Part shown: positions 37,843-46,552 of the stretch, piece by piece
Layout of the letters: each line of letters starts with the position of its first letter
How positions within the stretch are numbered: position 1 is the stretch's first letter
NCBI GenBank assembly: GCA_001443485.1
Contig: LDXQ01000003.1
Coordinates: 20,473-84,472, forward strand
From: Candidatus Sysuimicrobiota bacterium CSP1-3
GTDB lineage: Bacteria > Sysuimicrobiota > Sysuimicrobiia > Sysuimicrobiales > Humicultoraceae
Length of the DNA stretch: 64,000 bases
Reading direction: 5' to 3'
Position numbers and translations under genes: made by a program
Notes under the pieces: generated by a model
The model's database searches: none
What the model was told of the DNA's origin: nothing
Seen by the model: the letters and a program-made list of their open reading frames with translations, nothing else

Positions 37843-38685
37843 ATGCTGATTTTCGGAGTCCTCCGGTCGGGGTTATACTCGCTGACCTCGGTGGGGCTGG
37901 CTCTCTCTGTGGGCGTGATCGGCATCGTCAACTTCGCCCACGGTGAGTTCCTCATGCTAGGGGCGTTCCTGGGCTACTGGCTCTTCGTCTCTTACGGTGT
38001 GGATCCGCTCGCCGCGATCCCGATCGGCGCGGCCGCCATCTTCCTCCTCGGCGGCGCCGTCTACCAACTGAGCATCCGGCGGGTGCTGCGTGCGCCGGAG
38101 CTCAACCAGATGCTCCTCACCTTCGGCCTTTCCATCTTTCTGCAGAACCTGGCGATCATTCTCTGGACCGGCGACCCGCGCGTCGCCACCGTCTCGTACA
38201 AGGCGGAGGCACTCGCCGTGGGACCCTTCACGCTGGGAGTTCCGCAGCTGGTCGTCTTCGGTCTGGCCATGGCCCTGACGATCGGCCTCTACGCCGTCTT
38301 GGGCGGCACCCGTGTCGGCAAGGCGATGCGGGCGGTGGCGCAGAACCGGCTGGGCGCGAGCCTGCTGGGCATCGACGTGGATCGCATCTACCTCCTGGCC
38401 TTCGGCCTCTCCACCGCGCTGGCCGGTATCGCCGGAATGATGATCACGCTGCAGTTGTCGGTCTCCCCCTTTATCGGCCTGCTCTATACCCTGAAGGCCT
38501 TCGCCATCATGGTCATCGCCGGATTGGGCAACATCAACGGGGTCATCTACGCGAGCCTGGTGCTCGGTCTGTCCGAGGCCTTCGTCGAGTTCTACGTGCC
38601 GCAGGGCGGCGGATGGGCGGAGGGGGTCTTCTTCTTCCTTATCCTCGTCGTATTGCTGGTGCGGCCGCGGGGGTTGTTCCGGTGA
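37843..38685 (+). CDS. Branched-chain amino acid-type ABC permease (LivH family)
   Basis: 280 aa with IGIVNFAHGEFLMLGAF. There is no in-frame start upstream (TAG at 37813). Confidence 0.85.
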   Translation: MLIFGVLRSGLYSLTSVGLALSVGVIGIVNFAHGEFLMLGAFLGYWLFVSYGVDPLAAIPIGAAAIFLLGGAVYQLSIRRVLRAPELNQMLLTFGLSIFLQNLAIILWTGDPRVATVSYKAEALAVGPFTLGVPQLVVFGLAMALTIGLYAVLGGTRVGKAMRAVAQNRLGASLLGIDVDRIYLLAFGLSTALAGIAGMMITLQLSVSPFIGLLYTLKAFAIMVIAGLGNINGVIYASLVLGLSEAFVEFYVPQGGGWAEGVFFFLILVVLLVRPRGLFR

Positions 38686-39656
38686 CCGGTCGGGCCCTGG
38701 TGCGGGGCGGGCTGCTGCTGGCCGTGCTGGCGGCGGTGGTCGTCCTGCCGCTGTGGGTCAACCGCACGCAGCCGTACTACCTGCAGCTTTCCATTAACGT
38801 CCTGATCTTCGCCACATTGGCCCTCTCCTGGGACATCCTGGCACGCACTGGCCAGCTCAGCCTGGCCCACGCCGCCTTCTACGGCTTGGGGGCCTACACG
38901 TCGGTGTTGCTGACAACGCGCGCCGGGCTGCCCATCGTCGCCGGCATGGCCGCGGGCGCGGTCGTCGCGGTCGTCGCGGCAGTGCTGCTGGGGGTCCTCA
39001 CGCTGCGCCTGCGCGGCATCTACTTCGCCATCGCCACGTTGGCCTTCAGCGAGACGCTGCGCGTGATCACCAACCAGGTGCGGTTCACCGGGGCCGCGAC
39101 CGGCCTGGTCGCCCCGCCGCTGTTGGGTGGGCACCGGCCGTCCCAGTACCTGGTCATCCTGACGATCCTGCTGGCGCTGACGCTGGTCTCCTGGTGGGTG
39201 AATCGGTCCCGCTGGCACTTCGCCTTCACCGCCATCCGCGCCAACGAGGAGGTGGCGGCGGTGATGGGTGTGGACGTGGTGCGCTTCAAGGTGCTGGCCT
39301 TCGCCATCAGCGCCCTGTTTGCCGGGATCACCGGCGCGTTCTACGCGCACGTCTTCCTCTTCATCAGCCCCCTCGAGGCCTACAGCCTGGCCGTCTCGGT
39401 CGGCGCCCTCGTGGCGCCGATCTTCGGCGGCCTCTACACGACCGCCGGGCCGCTGGTCGGGGCGGTGGTTCTGCGGGCGGGGGAAGAGGTGCTGCGGTCG
39501 ACGGTGCAGCGGGGCTATCCGATCATCTACGGATTCCTGCTGGCGGCGGTCATCCTCTATATGCCGGGGGGCCTGGCCGGAGTGTGGGCATCACTGGCGG
39601 CCCGCATCCCGCGCCCCGCCCGGCGAGGAGCGCGCGGTGAGCCTGCTGGTTCTTGA
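38682..39656 (+). CDS. Branched-chain amino acid-type ABC permease (LivM family)
   Basis: GTG 38682 overlaps the LivH stop (GTGA). It has QLSLAHAAFYGLGAYT. Confidence 0.85.
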   Translation: MTGRALVRGGLLLAVLAAVVVLPLWVNRTQPYYLQLSINVLIFATLALSWDILARTGQLSLAHAAFYGLGAYTSVLLTTRAGLPIVAGMAAGAVVAVVAAVLLGVLTLRLRGIYFAIATLAFSETLRVITNQVRFTGAATGLVAPPLLGGHRPSQYLVILTILLALTLVSWWVNRSRWHFAFTAIRANEEVAAVMGVDVVRFKVLAFAISALFAGITGAFYAHVFLFISPLEAYSLAVSVGALVAPIFGGLYTTAGPLVGAVVLRAGEEVLRSTVQRGYPIIYGFLLAAVILYMPGGLAGVWASLAARIPRPARRGARGEPAGS

Positions 39657-40377
39657 CACGCTGACCAAGTCGTTCGGGGGTCTGTCGGCCGTCGACGACC
39701 TCTCGCTGGCAGTGCGGGCGGGTGAGATCTTCGCCCTGATCGGCCCCAACGGCGCGGGCAAGTCCACGACCTTCAACCTGATCTCCGGGCTGCTGGCGCC
39801 CGACCGCGGCCGCATCTTCTTCGACGGCGCAGACATCACGCGGACTCCGCCGCACTCCCGCGCCCACCTGGGGGTGGGGCGGACCTTCCAGTTGATGCAG
39901 CCCTTCCACGCCATGACGGTGCGGGAGAACGTGATGGTGGGGGAACTCTTCGGCCACACGGTTCTCAAGTCGCTGCCGGCGGCGCGCCGCGACGCCGAGG
40001 AGATCTGCGAGTCGGTCGGGCTGGGCCACCTGCTGGACCGCGGCGTAACCGCGCTGGGGCTGGCGGATCTGAAGCGTCTGGAGATCGCCCGGGCCCTGGC
40101 CACGCACCCGCGGCTGCTGCTCCTGGATGAGGTCATGGCCGGACTCACCCCCACCGAGGCCCGGCAGGCCGTCGCCAGCATCCAGGGCATCCGCGCGCGG
40201 GGCGTCACCATCCTGCTCATCGACCACGTGATGAGCAGCGTCCGCGACCTCGCCGAGCGGGTGGCCGTGCTGAACTTCGGCCGCAAGATCGCGGAAGGCA
40301 CCTTCGAGACAGTAGCGCACGATCCGGCGGTGATCGAAGCCTACCTGGGTCAGGATGAGGCCGATGGGTCCCACTGA
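39637..40377 (+). CDS. ABC transporter ATP-binding protein (LivG family)
   Basis: GTG 39637. It has Walker A GPNGAGKST, LLLLDEVMAGL and the C-terminal DPAVIEAYLG. Confidence 0.9.
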   Translation: MSLLVLDTLTKSFGGLSAVDDLSLAVRAGEIFALIGPNGAGKSTTFNLISGLLAPDRGRIFFDGADITRTPPHSRAHLGVGRTFQLMQPFHAMTVRENVMVGELFGHTVLKSLPAARRDAEEICESVGLGHLLDRGVTALGLADLKRLEIARALATHPRLLLLDEVMAGLTPTEARQAVASIQGIRARGVTILLIDHVMSSVRDLAERVAVLNFGRKIAEGTFETVAHDPAVIEAYLGQDEADGSH

Positions 40378-41089
40378 CCGCGTTCTGCTGCGCGTGGAGC
40401 GTCTGCGTGCCGGGTACGGCCGCGTCCAGGTGCTGTGGGACGTGGACCTGCACGTCGACCGTGGGGAGATCGTCTGTCTGGTGGGCGCCAACGGCGCGGG
40501 TAAGACCACGTTGCTGCGCGCCATCACCGGGGTGATCCCGCCCCGCGGCGCGGTCGCCTTCGAGGGGTCGCGGATCGACGCGCGGGGCACCGCGGCCATC
40601 GCCCGCCTGGGCATCGCCCACGTCCCGGAGGGGCGGCAGCTCTTCCCCGGGATGACGGTGCGCGAACACCTGGAACTGGGGGCGGCGTTCGTGCCCGGCG
40701 CGTGGGACCACCGCGGCGAGACGCTGGAACGCGTCTACACGCTCTTTCCCCGGCTGCGGGAACGGGAGCGTCAGGCGGCCGGGACGATGAGCGGCGGCGA
40801 GCAGCAGATGCTGGCCGTGGCGCGGTCGTTGATGGCGCGGCCGAAGATGCTGCTGGTGGACGAGCCGTCGCTGGGACTGGCTCCCGTGCTCGTGCAGGCA
40901 GTCTTCGCGGCCCTGCGTGAGATCAACCGCCAGGGGGTAACGATCCTCCTGGTCGAGCAGAACGTCCGGCAGACGCTCTTGATGGCCCAACGGGGCTACG
41001 TCCTGGAGAACGGCCGCATCGTGCTGGAGGGGCCGGGGCCGGCGCTGCTGGCGAACGACCACGTCAAGGCGGCGTACCTGGGCCTCTAG
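40355..41089 (+). CDS. ABC transporter ATP-binding protein (LivF family)
   Basis: Walker A GANGAGKTT, signature MSGGEQQML and Walker B LLLVDEPSLGL. An alternative start is at 40364. Confidence 0.9.
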   Translation: MRPMGPTDRVLLRVERLRAGYGRVQVLWDVDLHVDRGEIVCLVGANGAGKTTLLRAITGVIPPRGAVAFEGSRIDARGTAAIARLGIAHVPEGRQLFPGMTVREHLELGAAFVPGAWDHRGETLERVYTLFPRLRERERQAAGTMSGGEQQMLAVARSLMARPKMLLVDEPSLGLAPVLVQAVFAALREINRQGVTILLVEQNVRQTLLMAQRGYVLENGRIVLEGPGPALLANDHVKAAYLGL

Positions 41090-41116
41090 CCTACGCCCGG
41101 ACCAGGAGGGAAAACC

Positions 41117-41524
41117 GTGGAGTTCGTCCTCGGACAGCGCGCCACCGTCAGCAAGACCATCACCGCGGCGGACGTCGACACTTTCGCCGGACTGAGCGGG
41201 GACTTCAACCCGCTGCACGTCGACGCCGCGTTCGCGGCCCGCACCCGCTTCGGCGAACGGATCGCCCACGGGATGCTCACCGCCGGCCTGATCTCCGCAG
41301 TCCTGGGGATGCAGCTGCCCGGACCGGGCGGGATCTACCTCAGCCAGACGCTGCGCTTCCTGAAACCGGTGCGCATCGGGGAGGCGATTACCGCGGCGGC
41401 CGAGGTGACGGCGTACGACCCGCAGCGCCGCCGGCTGACCCTGCATACGACGTGCACGAACCAGCGGGGGGAGATGGTGCTCGACGGGGAGGCGGTGCTG
41501 CTGGTAGAACCGCCGGGCGGCTAG
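41117..41524 (+). CDS. MaoC-like (R)-specific enoyl-CoA hydratase / dehydratase
   Basis: GTG start. The hotdog hydratase motif is SGDFNPLHVD...IAHGML. Confidence 0.85.
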   Translation: MEFVLGQRATVSKTITAADVDTFAGLSGDFNPLHVDAAFAARTRFGERIAHGMLTAGLISAVLGMQLPGPGGIYLSQTLRFLKPVRIGEAITAAAEVTAYDPQRRRLTLHTTCTNQRGEMVLDGEAVLLVEPPGG

Positions 41525-41949
41525 GCCGGGGCGCCGCGGCAGTCCGCGCAGAGGCCGCGGAAGACGACGGCCTGCTCTTTGACGACGAACCCGCCGCGCT
41601 GCGCCGCGGGGATCTCTACCGGGGTCATCTCGACGAAGACGTCCTTCACTTTCCCGCAGCGCTCGCAGACCAGGTGATGGTGGTCGTTGATGTTGGTGCA
41701 GAAGCGCATGCTGCCCGTGCCCAGGTCGAGCGGCCGGACCGCCCGCACCTCTTCCAGTTCCGCCAGGACGGCGTAGACGGTGCGCAGCGACATGGACGGT
41801 ATCTCGCGCACGGCCCGCACGTAGAGTGCCTCCGCGGTGGGGTGGTCGGCCTGGGTCTCCTCCAAGAGGCGGAAGATCAGGTCCCGCTGCGGCGTGATGC
41901 GCCGGCCGGCCGCCTGGAAGCGCTCCCGCAAGTCACCGCTGGTGATCAT
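41521..41949 (-). CDS. Fur family transcriptional regulator
   Basis: ITPQRDLIFRLL, HHHLVCERCGKV and a C-terminal CADC give the Fur/PerR/Zur architecture. Confidence 0.9.
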   Translation of the reverse strand: MITSGDLRERFQAAGRRITPQRDLIFRLLEETQADHPTAEALYVRAVREIPSMSLRTVYAVLAELEEVRAVRPLDLGTGSMRFCTNINDHHHLVCERCGKVKDVFVEMTPVEIPAAQRGGFVVKEQAVVFRGLCADCRGAPA

Positions 41950-41959
41950 ACAGACGGGT

Positions 41960-42025
41960 TACACCTAACAACGATTGTTTCGCAATTCTATTGTTCGGTA
42001 GTCAAGAATTAGGATAGCCTAACCC
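41960..42025. promoter_or_regulatory. AT-rich divergent control region with three short palindromes (candidate Fur-family operators)
   Basis: AACAA-CGA-TTGTT (41967-41979), CAAT-TCT-ATTG (41983-41993) and TTAGG-ATAG-CCTAA (42009-42022). ATTGTT is repeated 16 nt apart. The region lies between fur and the FTR1 permease gene. Confidence 0.45.
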
Positions 42026-42100
42026 AGGAGCGGAAATCCAGTACCGGGCCGCCCCGGCGTCTGCCGGTCGGCCAACCCTGACGGGCCCGAGAGGAGTCAC

Positions 42101-42943
42101 ATGACCGAGATGGGACCCTCGCTGCTGATCACCCTGCGCGAAGGCCTCGAGGCGGCGCTCATCGTCGGCATCATCCTGGCCTATCTCGCCCGGACCGGCA
42201 ACCGCGACAAGTCGGGTGCTGTCTGGTTCGGCGCAGCAGTCAGCGTCCTGCTGAGCCTGCTGGTCGGCGCGGGGATCTTCCTCACCGCGGGCGGCATCGA
42301 GGGGCGGGCGGAGGAAATCTTTGAAGGCAGTGCGATGTTCGCCGCCGCCGGCGTCCTGACATACATGATCTTCTGGATGCGCCGCCAGGCCATCAACATC
42401 CGCGCGCACCTGCAGGCGCAGGTGCAGACAGCGCTGGAGACCGGATCGGTCTGGGCACTAGGCCTGCTGGCCTTCGTGGCGGTGGGGCGCGAGGGCGTGG
42501 AGACGGCGCTCTTCATGTTTGCCACGACGAAGACGGCGACGCCGCTGGCGGCGACAGTCGGCGGACTGTTGGGCCTGGGCGCGGCGATCATCCTCGGCTA
42601 CCTGCTCTACCGCGGGACCTACCGGCTGAACCTGCGCGCCTTCTTCAACGTGACCAGCGTCCTGCTGCTGCTCTTTGCCGCGGGGTTGCTGGCGCACGGC
42701 ATCCACGAATTCCACGAAGCCGGCGTAATCCCGCCTATCGTCGAGTCGCTGTGGGACACCAACGCGATCGTGGATGAGGCTTCCACGCTCGGCGGTTTCC
42801 TCAAGGCGCTCTGGGGGTACAATGGTAACCCCTCGCTCGTCGAAGTCCTCGCCTACACGGGATACCTCCTGCTGGTGGGGTGGATGTACTTCCGCCCGCC
42901 CACGGCGAAAGAACTGCGTCCCACCACGGAGCGCGCGCGCTGA
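42101..42943 (+). CDS. FTR1/EfeU family high-affinity iron permease
   Basis: It has two REXXE iron-binding motifs (REGLEAAL and REGVETAL) and seven hydrophobic segments. Confidence 0.9.
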   Translation: MTEMGPSLLITLREGLEAALIVGIILAYLARTGNRDKSGAVWFGAAVSVLLSLLVGAGIFLTAGGIEGRAEEIFEGSAMFAAAGVLTYMIFWMRRQAINIRAHLQAQVQTALETGSVWALGLLAFVAVGREGVETALFMFATTKTATPLAATVGGLLGLGAAIILGYLLYRGTYRLNLRAFFNVTSVLLLLFAAGLLAHGIHEFHEAGVIPPIVESLWDTNAIVDEASTLGGFLKALWGYNGNPSLVEVLAYTGYLLLVGWMYFRPPTAKELRPTTERAR

Positions 42944-42987
42944 TCCGCGGCCGGGACGAACGCGCAGCGGCCCAGTAGAATAGAGCC

Positions 42988-43701
42988 ATGATGCGGGAGG
43001 CCCTCCTGCTCGTGCTGGAGGGGTTGACCCCCTTCGCCGACGCCTGGGCGCTACAGCGGCGGCTGGTCGCCGCCCGCCAGCAAGGCATCATCTCCGACGT
43101 GGTCATCCTCCTGGAACATCAGCCTGTCCTCACCATCGGGCGGTCGGGCGGCCCCGGTCATCTGCTCGTGCCCCGCGACCTGCTGGCGGAGCGCGGCGTC
43201 GAGGTCCACGACATCGAGCGCGGCGGCGGCGCCACCTACCACGGACCGGGGCAGCTGGTGGCTTACCCCATCCTCGACCTCCGCGCCCTCGATGAGGATG
43301 TCGTGCGCTTCATGCGGGCGCTGGAGGAGTCGATCATCCGCACCGTCGCCGACTTTGGGATCACGGGGTCGCGGCGGCGCGGCTTCCCCGGGGTCTGGGT
43401 GGGAGAGGCGAAAATCGCCGCGGTGGGCGTGGCGGTGAAGCGACGCGTGACGATGCACGGCATGGCCCTCAACGTCACCACCGACCTGGAGCCCTTCACC
43501 TGGATCAATCCCTGCGGCCTGGGCCGCCCCGTCACGTCCATGGCGCAGACGCTGGGGCGGGAGGTCGCGCGGGCGGAGGTGGCGGACGCCTACGCGCGGC
43601 GCTTCGTCGAGGTGTACTCCCTGCACCTGACGCCGGTGGCGCGCGAGGACGTGGAGCAGCGGCTCACCGCACTCGCCGTAAGTGGAGCGGTGGTGTCCTG
43701 A
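42988..43701 (+). CDS. lipB: Octanoyltransferase (lipoyl(octanoyl) transferase)
   Basis: LEHQPVLTIGR, RGGGATYHGPGQLV, AAVGVAV and HGMALNV are LipB signatures. Confidence 0.9.
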   Translation: MMREALLLVLEGLTPFADAWALQRRLVAARQQGIISDVVILLEHQPVLTIGRSGGPGHLLVPRDLLAERGVEVHDIERGGGATYHGPGQLVAYPILDLRALDEDVVRFMRALEESIIRTVADFGITGSRRRGFPGVWVGEAKIAAVGVAVKRRVTMHGMALNVTTDLEPFTWINPCGLGRPVTSMAQTLGREVARAEVADAYARRFVEVYSLHLTPVAREDVEQRLTALAVSGAVVS

Positions 43702-44843
43702 TGCCGTCACGCCGCCGCTTCGAGACCCGGGCGATCCACGACGGCCAGGAGCCCGATCCGACGACGGGGGCGGTGATCACCCCGATCTACCAGACCTCCA
43801 CCTACGTGCAGCAGGCGCCGGGCGAGCACCGCGGCTACGACTACTCGCGCACCGCCAATCCGACGCGCACCGCGCTGGAACGGGCGCTGGCCTCACTGGA
43901 AGAGGCGGAGTACGGACTGGCCTTCGCCTCGGGCATGGCCGCCATCACGACCGCCGCGCTGCTGCTCTCCCCCGGCGACCACGTCGTCGCACCCGATGAC
44001 GTCTACGGGGGGACCTACCGCCTCTTCGTCCGCGTGCTGCAGCGCTACGGCATCGACACGACGTTCGTGGACATGACCGAGGTGGCCGCCGTGGAACGCG
44101 CGCGGCGGGAGCGCACGCGCCTGATCTTCATCGAGACGCCGACCAACCCGTACCTGAAGATCCTGGACATCGCCCGCCTCTCCGAGCTGGCGCACGCCCA
44201 CGGCGCGTTGGTGGCGGTCGACAACACCTTCGCCACGCCCTACGTGCAGCAGCCGCTGCGGTTTGGAGCGGATCTAGTGATTCACTCCACGACCAAGTAC
44301 CTCGGCGGTCACAGCGACGTCGTCGGCGGGGCGGTGGCCACCTCGCGCGCCGACCTGTACGAGTCGCTGAAGTTCCATCAGAATGCCGTCGGTGGGGTCC
44401 CCGGTCCCTTCGACTGCTGGCTGGTCCTGCGCGGGCTGCGCACGCTGGCCGTGCGCATGGATCGCCACGCCGAAAACGCCGCCCGGGTGGCGCGGGCGCT
44501 GGTCGAGCACCCGCGGGTGACCCGCGTGTTCTACCCCGGGCTCACCGACCATCCGGGGCGCGACCTGGCGGCGCGGCAGATGCGCAATTCCGGGGGCATG
44601 GTGTCGTTTGTCGTGAACGGGGGCGGCGCCGCGGCGCGACGCGTGGCTTCGCGGACAAGGCTCTTCCTGCTGGCGGAGAGCCTGGGTGGAGTGGAGTCGC
44701 TGATCGACCACCCCGCATCGATGACGCACGCCAGCCTGGTCGGATCACCGCTGGCCGTGGACGAGGGCCTGCTGCGCCTCTCGGTGGGCATAGAGCATGC
44801 AGACGATCTGATCGAGGATCTGCGGCAAGCCCTGGAAACCTGA
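43701..44843 (+). CDS. Cystathionine gamma-synthase/gamma-lyase family PLP enzyme
   Basis: YSRTANPT and the PLP lysine in STTKYLGGHSD place it in the Cys/Met-metabolism PLP family. The start overlaps the lipB stop by 1 nt. Confidence 0.9.
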   Translation: MPSRRRFETRAIHDGQEPDPTTGAVITPIYQTSTYVQQAPGEHRGYDYSRTANPTRTALERALASLEEAEYGLAFASGMAAITTAALLLSPGDHVVAPDDVYGGTYRLFVRVLQRYGIDTTFVDMTEVAAVERARRERTRLIFIETPTNPYLKILDIARLSELAHAHGALVAVDNTFATPYVQQPLRFGADLVIHSTTKYLGGHSDVVGGAVATSRADLYESLKFHQNAVGGVPGPFDCWLVLRGLRTLAVRMDRHAENAARVARALVEHPRVTRVFYPGLTDHPGRDLAARQMRNSGGMVSFVVNGGGAAARRVASRTRLFLLAESLGGVESLIDHPASMTHASLVGSPLAVDEGLLRLSVGIEHADDLIEDLRQALET

Positions 44844-44849
44844 AGTGAG

Positions 44850-45158
44850 GTGAGGGTAGTGGCAACGGTCTACGTCCCCGCTCCCCTCCGGCGCCAGACC
44901 GGGGGGCAGAGCCGCGTGCAGGTGCCGGGGACCACGGTGCGCGAGGTCCTGGCGAATCTCGGGACGGTCTATCCGGGGGTGGGCGCGCAGGTGCAAGACG
45001 AGGCCGGGCACGTCCGCGCCTACATCAACATCTTCGTCAACGGCAACGAGATGCGCACGCTGCGCGGCGAGGATACTCCGGTGGGGCCGCAGGACGAGGT
45101 CTCGATTATCCCGGCGATGGCCGGCGGGCTGGTCGCGTTGGGGACGGCCGGACGATGA
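44850..45158 (+). CDS. MoaD/ThiS/CysO-like sulfur-carrier protein with C-terminal extension after the GG motif
   Basis: 102 aa of beta-grasp type (YINIFVNGNE...DEVSIIPAMAGG) followed by LVALGTAGR. The stop overlaps the next start (ATGA). Confidence 0.8.
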   Translation: MRVVATVYVPAPLRRQTGGQSRVQVPGTTVREVLANLGTVYPGVGAQVQDEAGHVRAYINIFVNGNEMRTLRGEDTPVGPQDEVSIIPAMAGGLVALGTAGR

Positions 45159-46552
45159 GGGTGGAGACGCGCGCCGGCGAGCGCATCCACGGCAGCATCC
45201 TGGACGTCGTCGGCCACACGCCGCTGGTCCGCCTGCACAAGGTGGCGCGCGGCGTGCGCGCCGACGTGGTGGCCAAACTGGAGTTCATGAACCCCGGCGG
45301 CTCGGTGAAGGACCGGATCGGCGTGCGCATGATCGCCGACGTGGAGGCGCAGGGGAAGCTTCGACCCGGCGGGACGATCGTTGAAGCCACCTCGGGCAAC
45401 ACCGGCATGGGACTGGCCATCGTCGCCGCTGTGAGGGGCTATCGCTGCATCTTCGTCATGCCGGACAAGATGTCGGAGGAGAAGATCCGGCTGCTGCGGG
45501 CTTTCGGCGCAAGAGTCGTGATCACCCCGACGGCGGTGGCCCCGGAGGACCCGCGCTCCTACTACAGCGTCAGTCGGCGGCTGGCCGAGGAGACGCCCAA
45601 CGCCTGGTACGCCGACCAGTACCACAACCCGGACAACCCCGCCGCCCACTACGAAACCACCGGACCGGAGATCTGGGAAGACACCGCCGGCCGGATTGAC
45701 GTCTTCGTCTGCGGCATGGGGACGGGCGGGACCATCTCCGGCGTGGGCCGCTATCTGAAGGAGCGCAATCCCAACCTCAAGGTCGTCGGTGTGGACCCCA
45801 TCGGCTCCGTTTACACCGAGTATTTCCGCAGCGGCAAGATGATCGCGCCGCGCACCTATAAGGTGGAGGGGATCGGCGAGGACTTCCTCCCGGGGACGAT
45901 GGACTTCAGCGTGGTGGACGAGGTGGTGGCGGTCAATGACCGGGAGTCCTTCCTGGTGACCCGCCGCCTGGTGCGGGAGGAGGGGATCTTCTGCGGCGGC
46001 AGCAGCGGCACCGCGGTGGCCGGGGCGCTGCGCTACCTGCGCAGCCTGGCCAACCACGGCGAGGGGAAGCGGGCCGTGATCATCCTCCCCGACTCCGGGT
46101 TTCGGTATCTCTCCAAGGTCTTCTCCGACGACTGGATGCGGGAGAACGGCTTCCTGGAGGCCGAGATGGGCACGGTGGCCGATCTGCTGCGGGCCAAGGG
46201 TCTGCCGCTGATCACGGCCACACCGGACGAACCGGTGCGGGCGGTGATCGCCAAGATGAAGCAGTACGACGTCTCGCAGCTACCGGTCGTCGGCGACGGC
46301 GGCCTGGTCGGGATGGTCAGCGAGGTCGACCTGTTGTCCTACCTGCTGGAAGGCGGCCACGGCCTCGACGACCCGATCACGCCGATCGTCGATCCCGCGC
46401 CGCCCGTGGTCACCCCGGACACCCCCGTGGACAACCTCGCCGACGCCTTCCTCAACGCTAACGCGGCCATCGTCGTGGACGGCGGCCGTCTTGTCGGCAT
46501 CGTCACCAAGATCGACGTGATCGACCACCTCGCCCGGATCCTCGGTCGGTAG
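45155..46552 (+). CDS. Cystathionine beta-synthase-like PLP enzyme (cysteine synthase fold plus CBS-domain pair)
   Basis: NPGGSVKDR, SGNTGMGLA and GTGGTISG, plus a C-terminal tandem CBS pair (DVSQLPVV...IVTKIDVIDHL). Confidence 0.9.
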   Translation: MRVETRAGERIHGSILDVVGHTPLVRLHKVARGVRADVVAKLEFMNPGGSVKDRIGVRMIADVEAQGKLRPGGTIVEATSGNTGMGLAIVAAVRGYRCIFVMPDKMSEEKIRLLRAFGARVVITPTAVAPEDPRSYYSVSRRLAEETPNAWYADQYHNPDNPAAHYETTGPEIWEDTAGRIDVFVCGMGTGGTISGVGRYLKERNPNLKVVGVDPIGSVYTEYFRSGKMIAPRTYKVEGIGEDFLPGTMDFSVVDEVVAVNDRESFLVTRRLVREEGIFCGGSSGTAVAGALRYLRSLANHGEGKRAVIILPDSGFRYLSKVFSDDWMRENGFLEAEMGTVADLLRAKGLPLITATPDEPVRAVIAKMKQYDVSQLPVVGDGGLVGMVSEVDLLSYLLEGGHGLDDPITPIVDPAPPVVTPDTPVDNLADAFLNANAAIVVDGGRLVGIVTKIDVIDHLARILGR

